A DNA stretch of 64,000 nucleotides from Candidatus Multivoradales bacterium (lineage in GTDB: Bacteria > Acidobacteriota > Thermoanaerobaculia > Multivoradales > JAHEKO01): NCBI GenBank assembly GCA_965223155.1, contig CBDCVR010000014.1:1248001-1312000 (forward strand), given 5' to 3'. How positions within the stretch are numbered: the stretch's first letter is position 1; the number at the start of each line of letters is the position of its first letter. This document shows, one piece after another, positions 32,805-42,901 of the stretch. A program made the translations under genes and the position numbers. The notes under the pieces are model-generated. The model had not been told where the DNA came from, made no database searches, and saw only the letters and a program-made list of their open reading frames with translations.

Positions 32805-33995
32805 ATGCCGATTCCCTCGCCCTTTCACTCCAGGACGTCGAAGCTCTGTACCAGCATGCGCTGGAAGGACTGGGCTGGTCACTACGCCGTCTGCTCGTAC
32901 CGGTCCAGCCACGAGCCCGAGTACCTGGCCTTCCGCCACTCCGCCGGCTTGATCGACGTCTCGCCGCTTTTCAAGTACGAGGTCTCAGGAACCGACGCCG
33001 GCGCCTTCTTGTCGCACTTGACGGTCAAGAACGTTTCCCGGCTGAAGCGGGGCCGGGTGACCTACCTGTGCTGGTGCGACGACGACGGCAAGGTGGTGGA
33101 CGACGGCACCGTAGCGCGCCTCGACCGGCGCCGGTTTCGGGTTACCGCGGCCGAGCCTTCGCTGTCCTGGTTCGAGCGCGCCGCACGCGGCTTTTCGGTC
33201 ACGATCGAGGACGTGAGCGAGCGCCTCGCGGCACTCGCCCTCCAGGGACCCCGCGCACGCGCCATCCTGGCTGAGGTCTCGGACGCCGATCTGGACCGGC
33301 TGCGCTTCTTCGCGCTGACCGAGGCCCGGATCGCCGGCTCCGCGGTGACGATCACGCGCACCGGCTACACCGGCGACCTCGGATACGAGATCTGGATACA
33401 CGCGGACGACGCCGAGACCGTCTACGACGCTCTTTTCGACGGCGGCCGGGACCATGGATTGGTGCCGGCCGGCCTAGATGCCCTGGACGTCGCCCGCATC
33501 GAGGCCGGCTTCATCATGAACGGCGTCGACTATTTCAGCGCCCACCACTGCCTGACCGACCTCCGCAAGTCTTCGCCCTACGAGCTGGGCCTAGGCTGGA
33601 CGGTCAAGCTCGAGCGCGAGCCGTTCGTGGGCCAGGCCGCTCTTGCCGCCGAGCTCGCTCGGGGACCGGCCCGGCGCCTGGTGGGTTTGGACGTCAGCTG
33701 GACGGAGCTCGAGTCGGTCTTCTCCGGCTACGGGCTGCCGCCGGAGCTGCCCACCCGCGCCTGGCGGGACGGACGGCCGGTGTACGACCGGGAAGGCCAC
33801 TGGATCGGCCAGGCCACCAGCGGCACCTGGTCGCCGACCTTGAAAAAGAACCTGGCGCTGGCGCAGGTCGAGCCCGCCCAGGCCGAACCGGGAACCCGAG
33901 TGCGCATCGAGGTCACCGCCGAGTATCGTCGCCATCAAGTCACGGCCACGGTGCTGGATCCGCCGTTCTTCGATCCCGAAAGGAAGAAGGCATGA
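32805..33995 (+). CDS. GcvT-like aminomethyltransferase family protein
   Basis: GLIDVSPLFKYEVSG, GKVVDDGTV, LALQGP, TRTGYTGDLGYEIW, ARIEAG, PFFDP. Confidence 0.88.
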   Translation: MPIPSPFHSRTSKLCTSMRWKDWAGHYAVCSYRSSHEPEYLAFRHSAGLIDVSPLFKYEVSGTDAGAFLSHLTVKNVSRLKRGRVTYLCWCDDDGKVVDDGTVARLDRRRFRVTAAEPSLSWFERAARGFSVTIEDVSERLAALALQGPRARAILAEVSDADLDRLRFFALTEARIAGSAVTITRTGYTGDLGYEIWIHADDAETVYDALFDGGRDHGLVPAGLDALDVARIEAGFIMNGVDYFSAHHCLTDLRKSSPYELGLGWTVKLEREPFVGQAALAAELARGPARRLVGLDVSWTELESVFSGYGLPPELPTRAWRDGRPVYDREGHWIGQATSGTWSPTLKKNLALAQVEPAQAEPGTRVRIEVTAEYRRHQVTATVLDPPFFDPERKKA

Positions 33996-35581
33996 AGCGG
34001 GATCCGCTGGACGCGATCGTCATCGGCGGCGGGCACAACGGCCTCATCTGCGCCGCCTACCTGGCCCGGTCCGGGCGCAAGGTCCTGGTTCTGGAGCGGC
34101 GGCATGTGCTGGGCGGCGCGGCGGTTTCGGAAGAGCTCTATCCGGGCTTCAAGTTTTCGGTCTGCTCCTACGTGGTGAGCCTGCTTCGCCCGGCGATCCT
34201 GCGCGACCTCGAGCTCGCCCGCCATGGCCTCGAGATCCTGCCACTGGAGACCGCCTACACGCCGCGCCGGGACGATCCCGGCCTGTGCCGCTGGTCGGAT
34301 CCGGCGCGCACGCGGCGCGAGATCGCCCGCTTCAGCCAGCGCGATGCCGAGATCTATCCCGAGTTCGGCCTGACCATGACCCGCATGGCCCAGGGCGTGC
34401 GCGGCATCATCGATTCGCCGGCCCCCGACCCAACGTCCTGGAACCCCTTCGAGTTGGCCAAGCTCGTCCGCCTGGGACGCGAGCTCGCCGGCGGCGGCGC
34501 CGAGGCCGCGTATCTCCAAATGAAGCTCACCACCATGAGCGCCGTTGATTTCCTGGGCCGCTGGTTCGAGTCCGACGTCCTCAAGGCGCCGATGGCGGTC
34601 AGTGGCATCATCGGCACCTTCCTGGGCGTGCGCTCTCCGGGCACCGCCTACGTTCTGCTCCACCACTACATGGGCGAGATCGACGGCGCCTTCCGCTCGT
34701 GGGGGTACTCCAAGGGAGGGACCGGCGGCGTCAGCCTGGCCTGCGCCCGGGCTGCCAAGGCCTTCGGCGCCGAGATTCGCACCGAGGCGCCGGTCGAAGA
34801 AATCTTGATCCAGGACGGCCGCGCCCGCGGCGTGGTTCTGGCTGACGGCGAGGAAATTCGAGCCAAGACCGTGATCTCGAGCTGCGACCCGCACCGCACC
34901 TTCTTCGGCTTTGTCGGCCGGGAGCGTTTGGAGACGGACTTCGTGCGCGATCTCGAGCGCTACAAGCTGCGCGGCTCGTCCGGCAAGGTCAACCTGGCGG
35001 TGGACCGGCTGCCGCGCTTCCCGGGCCGGGAAGGCACCGACTTCCTGCGCGGTGACATCGCCATCGCGCCGAGCATCGACTACCTGGAGCGCGCCTACGA
35101 CGAGGCCAAGTACGGCCGCTTCTCGAGCCGGCCGTACATCAACGTGGTCATCCCTTCAGTGATGGATCCGAGTGTTGCGCCCCCCGGCAAGCACATCATC
35201 TCGATGTTCGTTCAGTACGCTCCCTACGAGCTCGAGGGCGGCGCCCAGGCCTGGCCGGAGGAGCGCGAGGCCTTCGGCGATGCCGTGGTCGACACGCTGG
35301 CCGAGTACTGTCCCGGGCTCAAGGAGTCGATTCTGTACCGGCAGGTCCTGACGCCCTGGGACCTCGAGCACGAGTTCGGTTTGACCGAGGGCAACATCTT
35401 TCACGGCGAGCTGGGGCTGGATCAGCTCCTCTTCCTGCGGCCGGTGCCGGGTTGGGCACGCTACCGGACGCCGATTCGCAACCTCTGGAGTTGCGGCTCC
35501 GGCACCCATCCGGGCGGCGGCATCATGGGGGCCCCGGGCCAGCTCGCCGCCGGCTCGCTCCTGGCTTCGGGAGAGCTATGA
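33992..35581 (+). CDS. Phytoene dehydrogenase-like FAD oxidoreductase (PYROXD2-like)
   Basis: IGGGHNGL, LERRHVLGGAA, GTAYVLLHH, GNIFHGE, GSGTHPGGG; ATGA coupling. Confidence 0.85.
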   Translation: MKRDPLDAIVIGGGHNGLICAAYLARSGRKVLVLERRHVLGGAAVSEELYPGFKFSVCSYVVSLLRPAILRDLELARHGLEILPLETAYTPRRDDPGLCRWSDPARTRREIARFSQRDAEIYPEFGLTMTRMAQGVRGIIDSPAPDPTSWNPFELAKLVRLGRELAGGGAEAAYLQMKLTTMSAVDFLGRWFESDVLKAPMAVSGIIGTFLGVRSPGTAYVLLHHYMGEIDGAFRSWGYSKGGTGGVSLACARAAKAFGAEIRTEAPVEEILIQDGRARGVVLADGEEIRAKTVISSCDPHRTFFGFVGRERLETDFVRDLERYKLRGSSGKVNLAVDRLPRFPGREGTDFLRGDIAIAPSIDYLERAYDEAKYGRFSSRPYINVVIPSVMDPSVAPPGKHIISMFVQYAPYELEGGAQAWPEEREAFGDAVVDTLAEYCPGLKESILYRQVLTPWDLEHEFGLTEGNIFHGELGLDQLLFLRPVPGWARYRTPIRNLWSCGSGTHPGGGIMGAPGQLAAGSLLASGEL

Positions 35582-37155
35582 CCTCGAAGCGCGGTCCGTA
35601 TGACGCCATCGTCCTTGGCGCCGGCCCCAATGGCCTCGCCGCGGCCACTGTACTCGCCCGCGGCGGCCGGCGTGTCGCCGTCGTCGAAGGACGCGACGAG
35701 CCGGGCGGCCTGGCCGGCCGGCGGGAGTTCGCGTCCGGCTACAGGGTCGACGGCGTTCTCTCGGACGCCAGCCTGGTGCGTCCCTGGGTCGTCCGCGAGC
35801 TCGGCCTCGCCAGGCACGGCCTGGCGTTCCGGGAGCGCCCGCCGGTGCTGGTACCTGGGCTCGACGGTCCCGGAATGGTCCTCAACGGCCAGGCTCGCAC
35901 CGTAACCGGCGTCTCCTCCGAGGACGCGCGCCGGTACGGCGACTTCCTGGCCTTCCTCGACCGTCTGCGACCGGTCCTGGCCGGCTTGCTCGATCGACGC
36001 CCGCCGGACCCTCTGGGCGAGGCCCACGGCCTGCCACTGATGGGTGACCTCTTGAGCCTGGCGCGATCGGGCCTGGCGCTACGGCGCCTCGGCAAGCGCC
36101 AGATGCTGGAGGTACTGCGCGTCACGCCCCTGTCGCTCAGGGACTGGCTGGCCGAGTGGTTCGACTCGGAGAAACTCCGGGCAGCGCTGGCGGCACCCGG
36201 TCTCGAAGCAACCTTCGCCGGTCCCTACTCACCGGGCAGTGTCTTGCCGCTCATGCGCCTCGCGGCCCTGACCGGAAGCGAGGTCGTGGGGGGACCGGCG
36301 GCCGTCATCGATGCCTTGCTTCGAGCCGCCGAATCCGCCGGCGTAACCCTCGAGACCGGCCGGCAGGTCACCCAGATCCTGGTCCGGGACCGGGTCGTCA
36401 CCGGCGTCGAGACCGAGGGCGGCGAACCACTTCGAGCGCCACTCGTGCTGGCCACTTGCGACCCTAGACAGACCTTGCTGAAGCTCCTCCCAGCCAGCGC
36501 CATCTCGGGAAGCCTGGCCGGGGAGATCGCCAGCTTTCGGGCGCGCGGCACCACGGCCAAGATCCACCTCGGGCTCGCGGCCTACCCGGAGATCGCGAGC
36601 CGGCCGGGGGAGGTGTTCGAGCGACTGCGCCTCGCCGGAGATTCGGTCGAGGACCTGGAGCGCGCCTCCGACGCCGCGAAGTACGGCCGGATCTCCGAAC
36701 GGCCCTGGCTCGAGGTCTCGTTTCCCAGCGTGGCCGACCCGTCGCTCGCTCCGGCGGGCCATCACGTCGCCTCGATCCTCGTGCATTGGGCGCCGTACGA
36801 CTTGGGCGGCGGCTGGGACGCGGCAGCGACGAGCCGCCTCTACGAGCTGGCGCTCGAGCGGCTGGCCGAGCACTTGCCCTCCCTGCGGCAATCGATCGTG
36901 GCCTCCGAGGTGCTGACACCGGAGGATCTCGAAGCCGTCTTCGGCCTGACCGGCGGCCATCTGCATCATGGCGAGCACGCCCTGGACCAGCTTCTGGTGC
37001 GTCCAGCGCCGTGCTGCGCCCGCTACGACACACCGGTCCGGGGACTCTTTCTGGGAGGCTCGGGCAGCCATCCCGGCGGCGGAGTGACCAGCGCTCCGGG
37101 CGCCCTCGCCGCCAAGCGAGCCCTCGAGGCGAGCTCGGCGCCTGCCGCCGGCTGA
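35578..37155 (+). CDS. Second phytoene dehydrogenase-like FAD oxidoreductase
   Basis: LGAGPNGL, LERASDAAKYG, GGHLHHGE, GSGSHPGGG; ATGA coupling. Confidence 0.85.
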   Translation: MTSKRGPYDAIVLGAGPNGLAAATVLARGGRRVAVVEGRDEPGGLAGRREFASGYRVDGVLSDASLVRPWVVRELGLARHGLAFRERPPVLVPGLDGPGMVLNGQARTVTGVSSEDARRYGDFLAFLDRLRPVLAGLLDRRPPDPLGEAHGLPLMGDLLSLARSGLALRRLGKRQMLEVLRVTPLSLRDWLAEWFDSEKLRAALAAPGLEATFAGPYSPGSVLPLMRLAALTGSEVVGGPAAVIDALLRAAESAGVTLETGRQVTQILVRDRVVTGVETEGGEPLRAPLVLATCDPRQTLLKLLPASAISGSLAGEIASFRARGTTAKIHLGLAAYPEIASRPGEVFERLRLAGDSVEDLERASDAAKYGRISERPWLEVSFPSVADPSLAPAGHHVASILVHWAPYDLGGGWDAAATSRLYELALERLAEHLPSLRQSIVASEVLTPEDLEAVFGLTGGHLHHGEHALDQLLVRPAPCCARYDTPVRGLFLGGSGSHPGGGVTSAPGALAAKRALEASSAPAAG

Positions 37156-37386
37156 CGCAACCCGGCCCGGGCCCATCCCGTCCAAGAGATCGGCCGGAAG
37201 AGTCCAAGCACCCGGACGCCGGCACCTTGCCCGCCTTGCGCCACTCCGCGGCGCTCCGGAAAATCTTTCCGAGAGCCGGTCACCCGATCGTAGCCTCGAT
37301 CCCGACGGGAAGACCGCGAGGTCGACCACGACTTGGGCCTCCGAGGATCTCTAGAGGATCTTGAGGCCGATGAAAGGACGAGATCG

Positions 37387-38832
37387 ATGCTACCTGTGAC
37401 CCGAAACCGACTCCTGGGTCTGGCTCTCCTTGCGCCAAGCCTTTTCGTGCCCGGCCCCGAACCGGTACTCGCCAACGAGCATCCTGCCATCCGGGTCAGT
37501 CCTGGAAGCATCAACTTCGGTTCCGTCGCCGGCAGCCGCACGCGCCGGGTCACGGTTCGCAACTCGGGCAAGTCTCAGCTCGAGGTGAACGCCATCGGTC
37601 TCTGCGTGGGAACCAGCTCCGAGTTCTCGGTCACCCCCGGCTCGGTTTCGATCGCACCCAAGGGCAAAGCCCGGATCGACGTCGGCTACACGCCGGCCGA
37701 CGCCAGCACCGACAGCGGTTGCTTCGAGCTCGCCAGCAACGATCCCGACCGGCCCGTCGTCACCGTGCCCCTTGCGGGCACCGGCCGAACGGCTGAGCCG
37801 GATCCCGCCGAGGATCCGCCCAACCTCCGGCTGCGGCCATCGTCGGTAGCCTTCGGCGAGGTCGCCGTGGGCGAGACCGCGACCCGCAACGTCCGGGTTC
37901 GAACGCAAGGACCGGCCGCGGTGGACGGCGTCGTGATCACCCGATGTTTCGGAACCAGCGAGGAATTCGGCTTCCAGCCAGCCGTGCCTTTCGAGGTCGC
38001 ACCGGGACCCGGAACCCCGGTCGCGGTGAGCTACTCGCCCACCGACGAGACCATCGACACGGGCTGTCTGGAGTTCGGCACCGGCCTCCCCGGTCAGGAG
38101 CCCGTGGTCCTGGCGCTCGATGGAACCGGGATCGCTCCGTTTGACGGTGTCGATCTCGACATCGCCAAGTTCAAGGTGCGCCGCGAGCTCAGGCTCCGCC
38201 AGGGACAACGAACGGCCGTCCGCCTCTGGGTCCGGAACGACTCGGACCTAGACGAGCCGCGCGAAGCGACGGTCGTGGGCGAACAGAACGGGGCGGTGGT
38301 CTACAGCCACGACTTGGCCGTCGAGGATCGTCCAGGCAACCGCGGGCTCACCCCGTACCGCCTGCCGGGCTTCCAGCCCACCGCCGTCGGAGACATCTTG
38401 TGGACGGCAACGATCGACGATGACGCGGCCGACGACGATACGGCGGTGGCCGTGACCCGCGTCGGCCCGGGTCCCCCGCCCGCGCCCCCGGGTGGCGATC
38501 CCTCCCTCGTGGACCTCGACATCGCTCGCTTCAGGGTCTCGGCCACGGCCTCGGTGGGACGGGGCGACGCCGTTCGGCTGCGCGCCTGGATCCGCAACGC
38601 CGGCTTGCTCGACGAGCCGCGCCCGGCCATCCTGATCGGGATGCAGGACGGAGTCGAGGTCTACTCGGAAGCGCTTTCCGTCGCCGACGCACCGGGCAAC
38701 TCCGGCTCGACCCTGGTCCGGTTCCCGGCGTACGTGCCGACCGCGCACGGAAACATCCTCTGGATGCTGGTCGTCAACGACGACGACCCGGACGTGGACG
38801 AAGCGCTGGGCGCGACCCGCGCGGTGCCCTAG
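37387..38832 (+). CDS. Secreted protein with two ASH/choice-of-anchor-D-like Ig domains and two further repeated beta domains
   Basis: Signal peptide; VSPGSINFGSV..VTVRNSG..ASNDPD..VPLAGTG with a second copy; then VDLDIA(K/R)F(K/R)V..WxRN..LDEPR.A..G.Q.G..VYS twice. Confidence 0.65.
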   Translation: MLPVTRNRLLGLALLAPSLFVPGPEPVLANEHPAIRVSPGSINFGSVAGSRTRRVTVRNSGKSQLEVNAIGLCVGTSSEFSVTPGSVSIAPKGKARIDVGYTPADASTDSGCFELASNDPDRPVVTVPLAGTGRTAEPDPAEDPPNLRLRPSSVAFGEVAVGETATRNVRVRTQGPAAVDGVVITRCFGTSEEFGFQPAVPFEVAPGPGTPVAVSYSPTDETIDTGCLEFGTGLPGQEPVVLALDGTGIAPFDGVDLDIAKFKVRRELRLRQGQRTAVRLWVRNDSDLDEPREATVVGEQNGAVVYSHDLAVEDRPGNRGLTPYRLPGFQPTAVGDILWTATIDDDAADDDTAVAVTRVGPGPPPAPPGGDPSLVDLDIARFRVSATASVGRGDAVRLRAWIRNAGLLDEPRPAILIGMQDGVEVYSEALSVADAPGNSGSTLVRFPAYVPTAHGNILWMLVVNDDDPDVDEALGATRAVP

Positions 38833-39124
38833 CCGGCCACTCGGACAAACCTTCGTCTGGAAGCGCCAACGAGTCGGGCAATCTGGGCCGGCGCGTCCGC
38901 AGGCCGCGGCACCCCTGGATTTTCGCCCGGGCAAAATGCCCGGCAATCCGGGGCCGGAGCTCCGCCGGCCGTTCCTGCCGAGCCCTTGAGGTTCCGGCCT
39001 GGATTCGCAATTCTCGGCGCACCAGAAGGCTAACTACCGCATTTGCCTCAGTTGGAAGAAGCTCGCGGCGACGAACCGGGAGCGCGCCAATTGGTCCCCA
39101 GATCGAAACGTGCACAACCATGCA

Positions 39125-39139
39125 TGGCACTGCCCTTGC
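39125..39139 (+). promoter_or_regulatory. Sigma54 (-24/-12) promoter
   Basis: TGGCACTGCCCTTGC = GG-N10-GC, matching TGGCAC-N5-TTGC, 50 bp upstream of ATG 39190. Confidence 0.75.
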
Positions 39140-39189
39140 CCTTCCTCCACATAGAGCGCTAGAGCGACAGCTCCAGAGATTTCCGGCCG

Positions 39190-41361
39190 ATGCACTCCAC
39201 CGCAACAGACCGTCAGCCCCGAATTCTCGTCGTAGATGACGAGATCATGATGCGCATGGTTGCGCTCGAGTCGTTGGGCCAGGCCGGCTTTGAGGTAGTC
39301 GGAGCCGAAAGCGGCCTCGAGGCGGTCAACAAGCTCAACGAGATCGAGCCGGATCTGGTCCTGCTCGACGTCAACATGCCCCACATGGACGGCTTCGCCA
39401 CTTGCCGGGCACTCAAGGCGTCGGCGCCGGGAAGCCAGATTCCGGTGATCATGGTCACCGCTCTCGACGATGTCGACTCGGTGCGCAAGTCGTACGAGGT
39501 CGGCGCGACCGATTTCGTGACCAAGCCGCTCAACTGGCTCATCCTGCGCCATCGCATCGACTACGTGCTGCGAGCCAACCGCGCCGCCGCCGAGCTGCGC
39601 AAGAGCCGGGGCCGGCTGGCCAACGCCCAACGAATCGCCCGCCTCGGTTACTGGGAATGGCAAGTGGAACAGGATCGCCTGAGCTGCTCGGCCGAGATGT
39701 GCCGGATCCTGGGAAGCCGGCCGGCGAATCTCTCCGGCAGCTTCGACGACCTCATGAGCCGCGTCCATCCCGAAGACCAAACCGGGCTCGCCGAGTACTT
39801 TCGAGAGATCCTCGGCTTCGGCGACCCGGGCGGTATCGAGTACCGCATCGTGGGCTCGGACGGCAAGCAGCGCCACGTCGAGCAGCAGTCCGAGGTGGCC
39901 GCGCGCAAGGGCGGACGGGTCGAGACCGTCTCGGCCACGGTCCGGGACATCAGCGAGCGCAAAGACGCCGAGGCGACGATTCGCTTCCTGCGCTACAACG
40001 AGGCCACCACCGGCCTCCCCAACCGGCGCTCGTTCGTCGAACGACTCGACGCGGTGCTCGAGGGCCGGGAGAAGGCCGGCGACCAGTGGGCCGTTCTGGT
40101 CCTTGGCCTGGACCGCTTCGATCGGCTGAGTGACACGCTCGGCCCGGGAGCCGGCGACGAGCTCCTGCGCCACGTCGCCTACCGGCTCCGCAACCATCTA
40201 CGCTCGGGCATGTCGAACTGGGGCGAGAGCCGCGCCGCGGATATCATCTCCCACTTCGGCTCGGACGAGTTCGCCATCTTGCTGGCGGACATTCGCGAAG
40301 CGCAGGACGTCTCCATCGTGGCCCGGCGCCTGCTCTCGCTCCTGGATACTCCATTGACGCTGGGCGACCACCAGGTGTTCGTCAAGGCGAGCCTGGGTGT
40401 GGCCGTCTACCCCAACGACGGCGCCACTGGCGAGGACCTGGTCAGCAGAGCCCAGGCAGCCCGGCATCATGCCCAGCCGGGCGCGCCCCACGCGTACCAC
40501 TTCTACGACGAGACCCTGAACGAGTCGGCTCTGGAGCGCCTCAAGCTCGAGAGCAACCTGGCCGCCGCGATCGAGCGCGACGAGTTCGATCTCTTCTACC
40601 AGCCCCAGGTCGACATGACCTCGGGTCAGGTACTGGGTGTCGAGGCCCTGATCCGGTGGAACCATCCGGAGCTGGGGCTTCTGACGCCGTTCCATTTCCT
40701 GGACCTGGCCGAGGAAACCGGCCAGATCGTGCCGATTGGAGAGTGGGTGCTGCGCGAGGCCTGCCGCCAGGCTCGCCTCTGGCGCGACCTCGATCTCTTG
40801 CCCGTGCGCGTGTCGGTCAATCTCTCCAGCCGGCAGCTTCTTCAAGAAGACCTGGCCGACAAGGTTGCCGGAATCCTAGAGGAAACCGACATGCCGCCGC
40901 ACCTACTCAACCTCGAGCTGACGGAAGGCGCGCTCATGCAGGACTTCGACGAGGCGGCCAAGCGCCTGACCGATCTCAAGGGTCTGGGCGTCGGGCTATC
41001 GGTCGATGACTTCGGCAAGGAGTACTCGTCGCTGAGCCGCCTTGCCCAGTTCCCGCTGGACTGTCTCAAGATCGACAAGTCGTTCCTCAGGGGTGTTCCG
41101 GATAGTCGGGACATGTCCGCCATCGTCGGTGCCATCATCGCCATGGGCGAGAGTCTCGGCCTCGAGGTGTTGGCCGAGGGCGTCGAGCTCGAGGACCAGG
41201 TGGATTTCCTGATCGAGCGCGGCTGCACCCGCTGCCAGGGCTTCCTCTTCGCCAAGCCCATGAGCGCCGAGGACGTAGCGCCCCTCCTCGAGGCCTCCGG
41301 CGCCTCCTCATCGCGCCGCGCCGAAAGCTCCGGTCCGGTGCGTCTGGCCGCCGTCCTCTAA
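39190..41361 (+). CDS. REC-PAS-GGDEF-EAL c-di-GMP enzyme
   Basis: ILVVDD/LLDVNMP receiver, VHPED PAS, TGLPNRR, GSDEF, YQPQV..VEALIRW, DDFG, LKID, AEGVE, QGF. Confidence 0.92.
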   Translation: MHSTATDRQPRILVVDDEIMMRMVALESLGQAGFEVVGAESGLEAVNKLNEIEPDLVLLDVNMPHMDGFATCRALKASAPGSQIPVIMVTALDDVDSVRKSYEVGATDFVTKPLNWLILRHRIDYVLRANRAAAELRKSRGRLANAQRIARLGYWEWQVEQDRLSCSAEMCRILGSRPANLSGSFDDLMSRVHPEDQTGLAEYFREILGFGDPGGIEYRIVGSDGKQRHVEQQSEVAARKGGRVETVSATVRDISERKDAEATIRFLRYNEATTGLPNRRSFVERLDAVLEGREKAGDQWAVLVLGLDRFDRLSDTLGPGAGDELLRHVAYRLRNHLRSGMSNWGESRAADIISHFGSDEFAILLADIREAQDVSIVARRLLSLLDTPLTLGDHQVFVKASLGVAVYPNDGATGEDLVSRAQAARHHAQPGAPHAYHFYDETLNESALERLKLESNLAAAIERDEFDLFYQPQVDMTSGQVLGVEALIRWNHPELGLLTPFHFLDLAEETGQIVPIGEWVLREACRQARLWRDLDLLPVRVSVNLSSRQLLQEDLADKVAGILEETDMPPHLLNLELTEGALMQDFDEAAKRLTDLKGLGVGLSVDDFGKEYSSLSRLAQFPLDCLKIDKSFLRGVPDSRDMSAIVGAIIAMGESLGLEVLAEGVELEDQVDFLIERGCTRCQGFLFAKPMSAEDVAPLLEASGASSSRRAESSGPVRLAAVL

Positions 41362-41424
41362 CGACCCGTCGATAGCCCGCGATAGGTGCCGCGGCCGCGC
41401 TCGCGCCGTGCCCGCTTCCTGCCG

Positions 41425-41450
41425 GCTGGCCCGGTCTCCGCCGGGCCAGC
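41425..41450. other. Perfect 10-bp intergenic hairpin
   Basis: gctggcccgg-tctccg-ccgggccagc, between the EAL gene and the response regulator. Confidence 0.45.
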
Positions 41451-41528
41451 GGCCGCGGCTTGCCGTGCCGGTCCGTTTCCGTTTTACACTACGGCCAGCA
41501 ATCCCGGCGGCCGCCCACACCGGACCTT

Positions 41529-42890
41529 ATGCGCGACATCGAAACCCTGGTCATCGACGACGATCCCCAGATCCAACTGGCGGTGGAGCTCGCGTTGGAA
41601 AACGAGAACTTCAACCTGACCGCCGCCGGCAGTGCCGAAGAAGGCCTCGAGCTGGCGAAGCGTCACCGCTACGAGACCGCGGTCCTGGACCTTCACCTAC
41701 CCGGCATGCACGGCTTGGAGCTCCTGGGCCAGCTCAAGGAGATGCCGCAGTCGCCGGAGGTGGTCGTCCTGACCGGCCGGCCCGACTTGGACACTGCTGT
41801 CAAGGCGACCAAGGCAGGCGCATACGACTACCTGTCCAAGCCTTTCGACGCGTTCAAGCTGGCCTCGACCCTCAAGAACGCTGCGGCCAAGTACCGGCTG
41901 AGCCGGGAAAACGCCGTGCTCAAGCACACAGTCGCCAGCCACCGGGCCGACACCGGTGGCCTGGTCGTCGCCGACAGCGAGCCCATGCGGCGCATCCTCG
42001 AAGTGCTGGACCGGGTGGCTCCATCCGACGCCTCGGTGCTGATCCAGGGCGAGACCGGCTGCGGCAAGGGCTTGATGGCCAAGCTCATTCACGCCCGCAG
42101 CACCCGATCCGCTGAGCCTCACCTTCACATCAACTGCAGCGCCCTGTCCGATTCCCTTCTCGAAAGCGAGCTCTTCGGCCACGAGAAGGGCTCGTTTACC
42201 GGCGCCACCAGCGCCAAGCCCGGCCTCTTCGAGGTCGCCGACGGCGGCACTCTGTTCCTGGACGAGATCGCCGAGACCAGCGCCGCCATGCAGGCAAAGC
42301 TCCTTCAAGTTCTGGACAGCGGTGAGCTCCGCCGCGTAGGCGGGACGTCATTCATCCAGGTGGACGTTCGCATCGTCTCGGCCACCAACAAGGACTTGGA
42401 GCGCGAGATCGCCGAAGGACGATTCCGGCGGGATCTCTTCTTTCGTCTCAATGTGGTCAACCTCCAGTTGCCGCCATTGCGCGAGCGTCGAGACGACATT
42501 CCGGGGCTCGTCAGCCTCTACCTCGAGCGCCACCGACTCCCGGGACAGAAGGTCAAATCGGTGGCCCCCGGGGCAATGGAACGCCTCCGCACCCACGCCT
42601 GGCCGGGCAACGTGCGCGAGCTCGCCAACGTGGTCGAAGGACTGGTGCTGATGACTCCCGGCGAAACCATCGGCAGTCAGCATCTGCCGGCGACACTGAG
42701 CGACGGGCCGCACAGGGAAGCCGAAACGAGCGACCCCCGGGAGCCCCGCAGCCTGGCCGAAGTCCAGAAGGAGCACCTTATCCGGACTCTGCGCTACACG
42801 GACGGCAAGAAGGCCCCCGCGGCGAGGCTTCTCGGAATCGACGTCAAGACCCTGTACAACAAGATCAAGGCGTACGAAATCGAAGTCTGA
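41529..42890 (+). CDS. Sigma54-dependent response regulator (NtrC family)
   Basis: Receiver (IDDD, LDLHLP), [36 protein letters not shown] and a Fis-type HTH. Confidence 0.93.
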   Translation: MRDIETLVIDDDPQIQLAVELALENENFNLTAAGSAEEGLELAKRHRYETAVLDLHLPGMHGLELLGQLKEMPQSPEVVVLTGRPDLDTAVKATKAGAYDYLSKPFDAFKLASTLKNAAAKYRLSRENAVLKHTVASHRADTGGLVVADSEPMRRILEVLDRVAPSDASVLIQGETGCGKGLMAKLIHARSTRSAEPHLHINCSALSDSLLESELFGHEKGSFTGATSAKPGLFEVADGGTLFLDEIAETSAAMQAKLLQVLDSGELRRVGGTSFIQVDVRIVSATNKDLEREIAEGRFRRDLFFRLNVVNLQLPPLRERRDDIPGLVSLYLERHRLPGQKVKSVAPGAMERLRTHAWPGNVRELANVVEGLVLMTPGETIGSQHLPATLSDGPHREAETSDPREPRSLAEVQKEHLIRTLRYTDGKKAPAARLLGIDVKTLYNKIKAYEIEV

Positions 42891-42901
42891 GTCCCGGCGA
42901 G

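Noticed and set aside
33992-37155. Carotenoid biosynthesis (crtI) assignment
   Set aside because: There is no crtB/crtE context, and the motifs and GcvT coupling fit the PYROXD2-like subgroup.
37220-37234. Third sigma54-like motif CGGCACCTTGCCCGC before the Ig-domain gene
   Set aside because: The spacing fits but the -12 element lacks TTGC, so a chance match is likely at this GC content.
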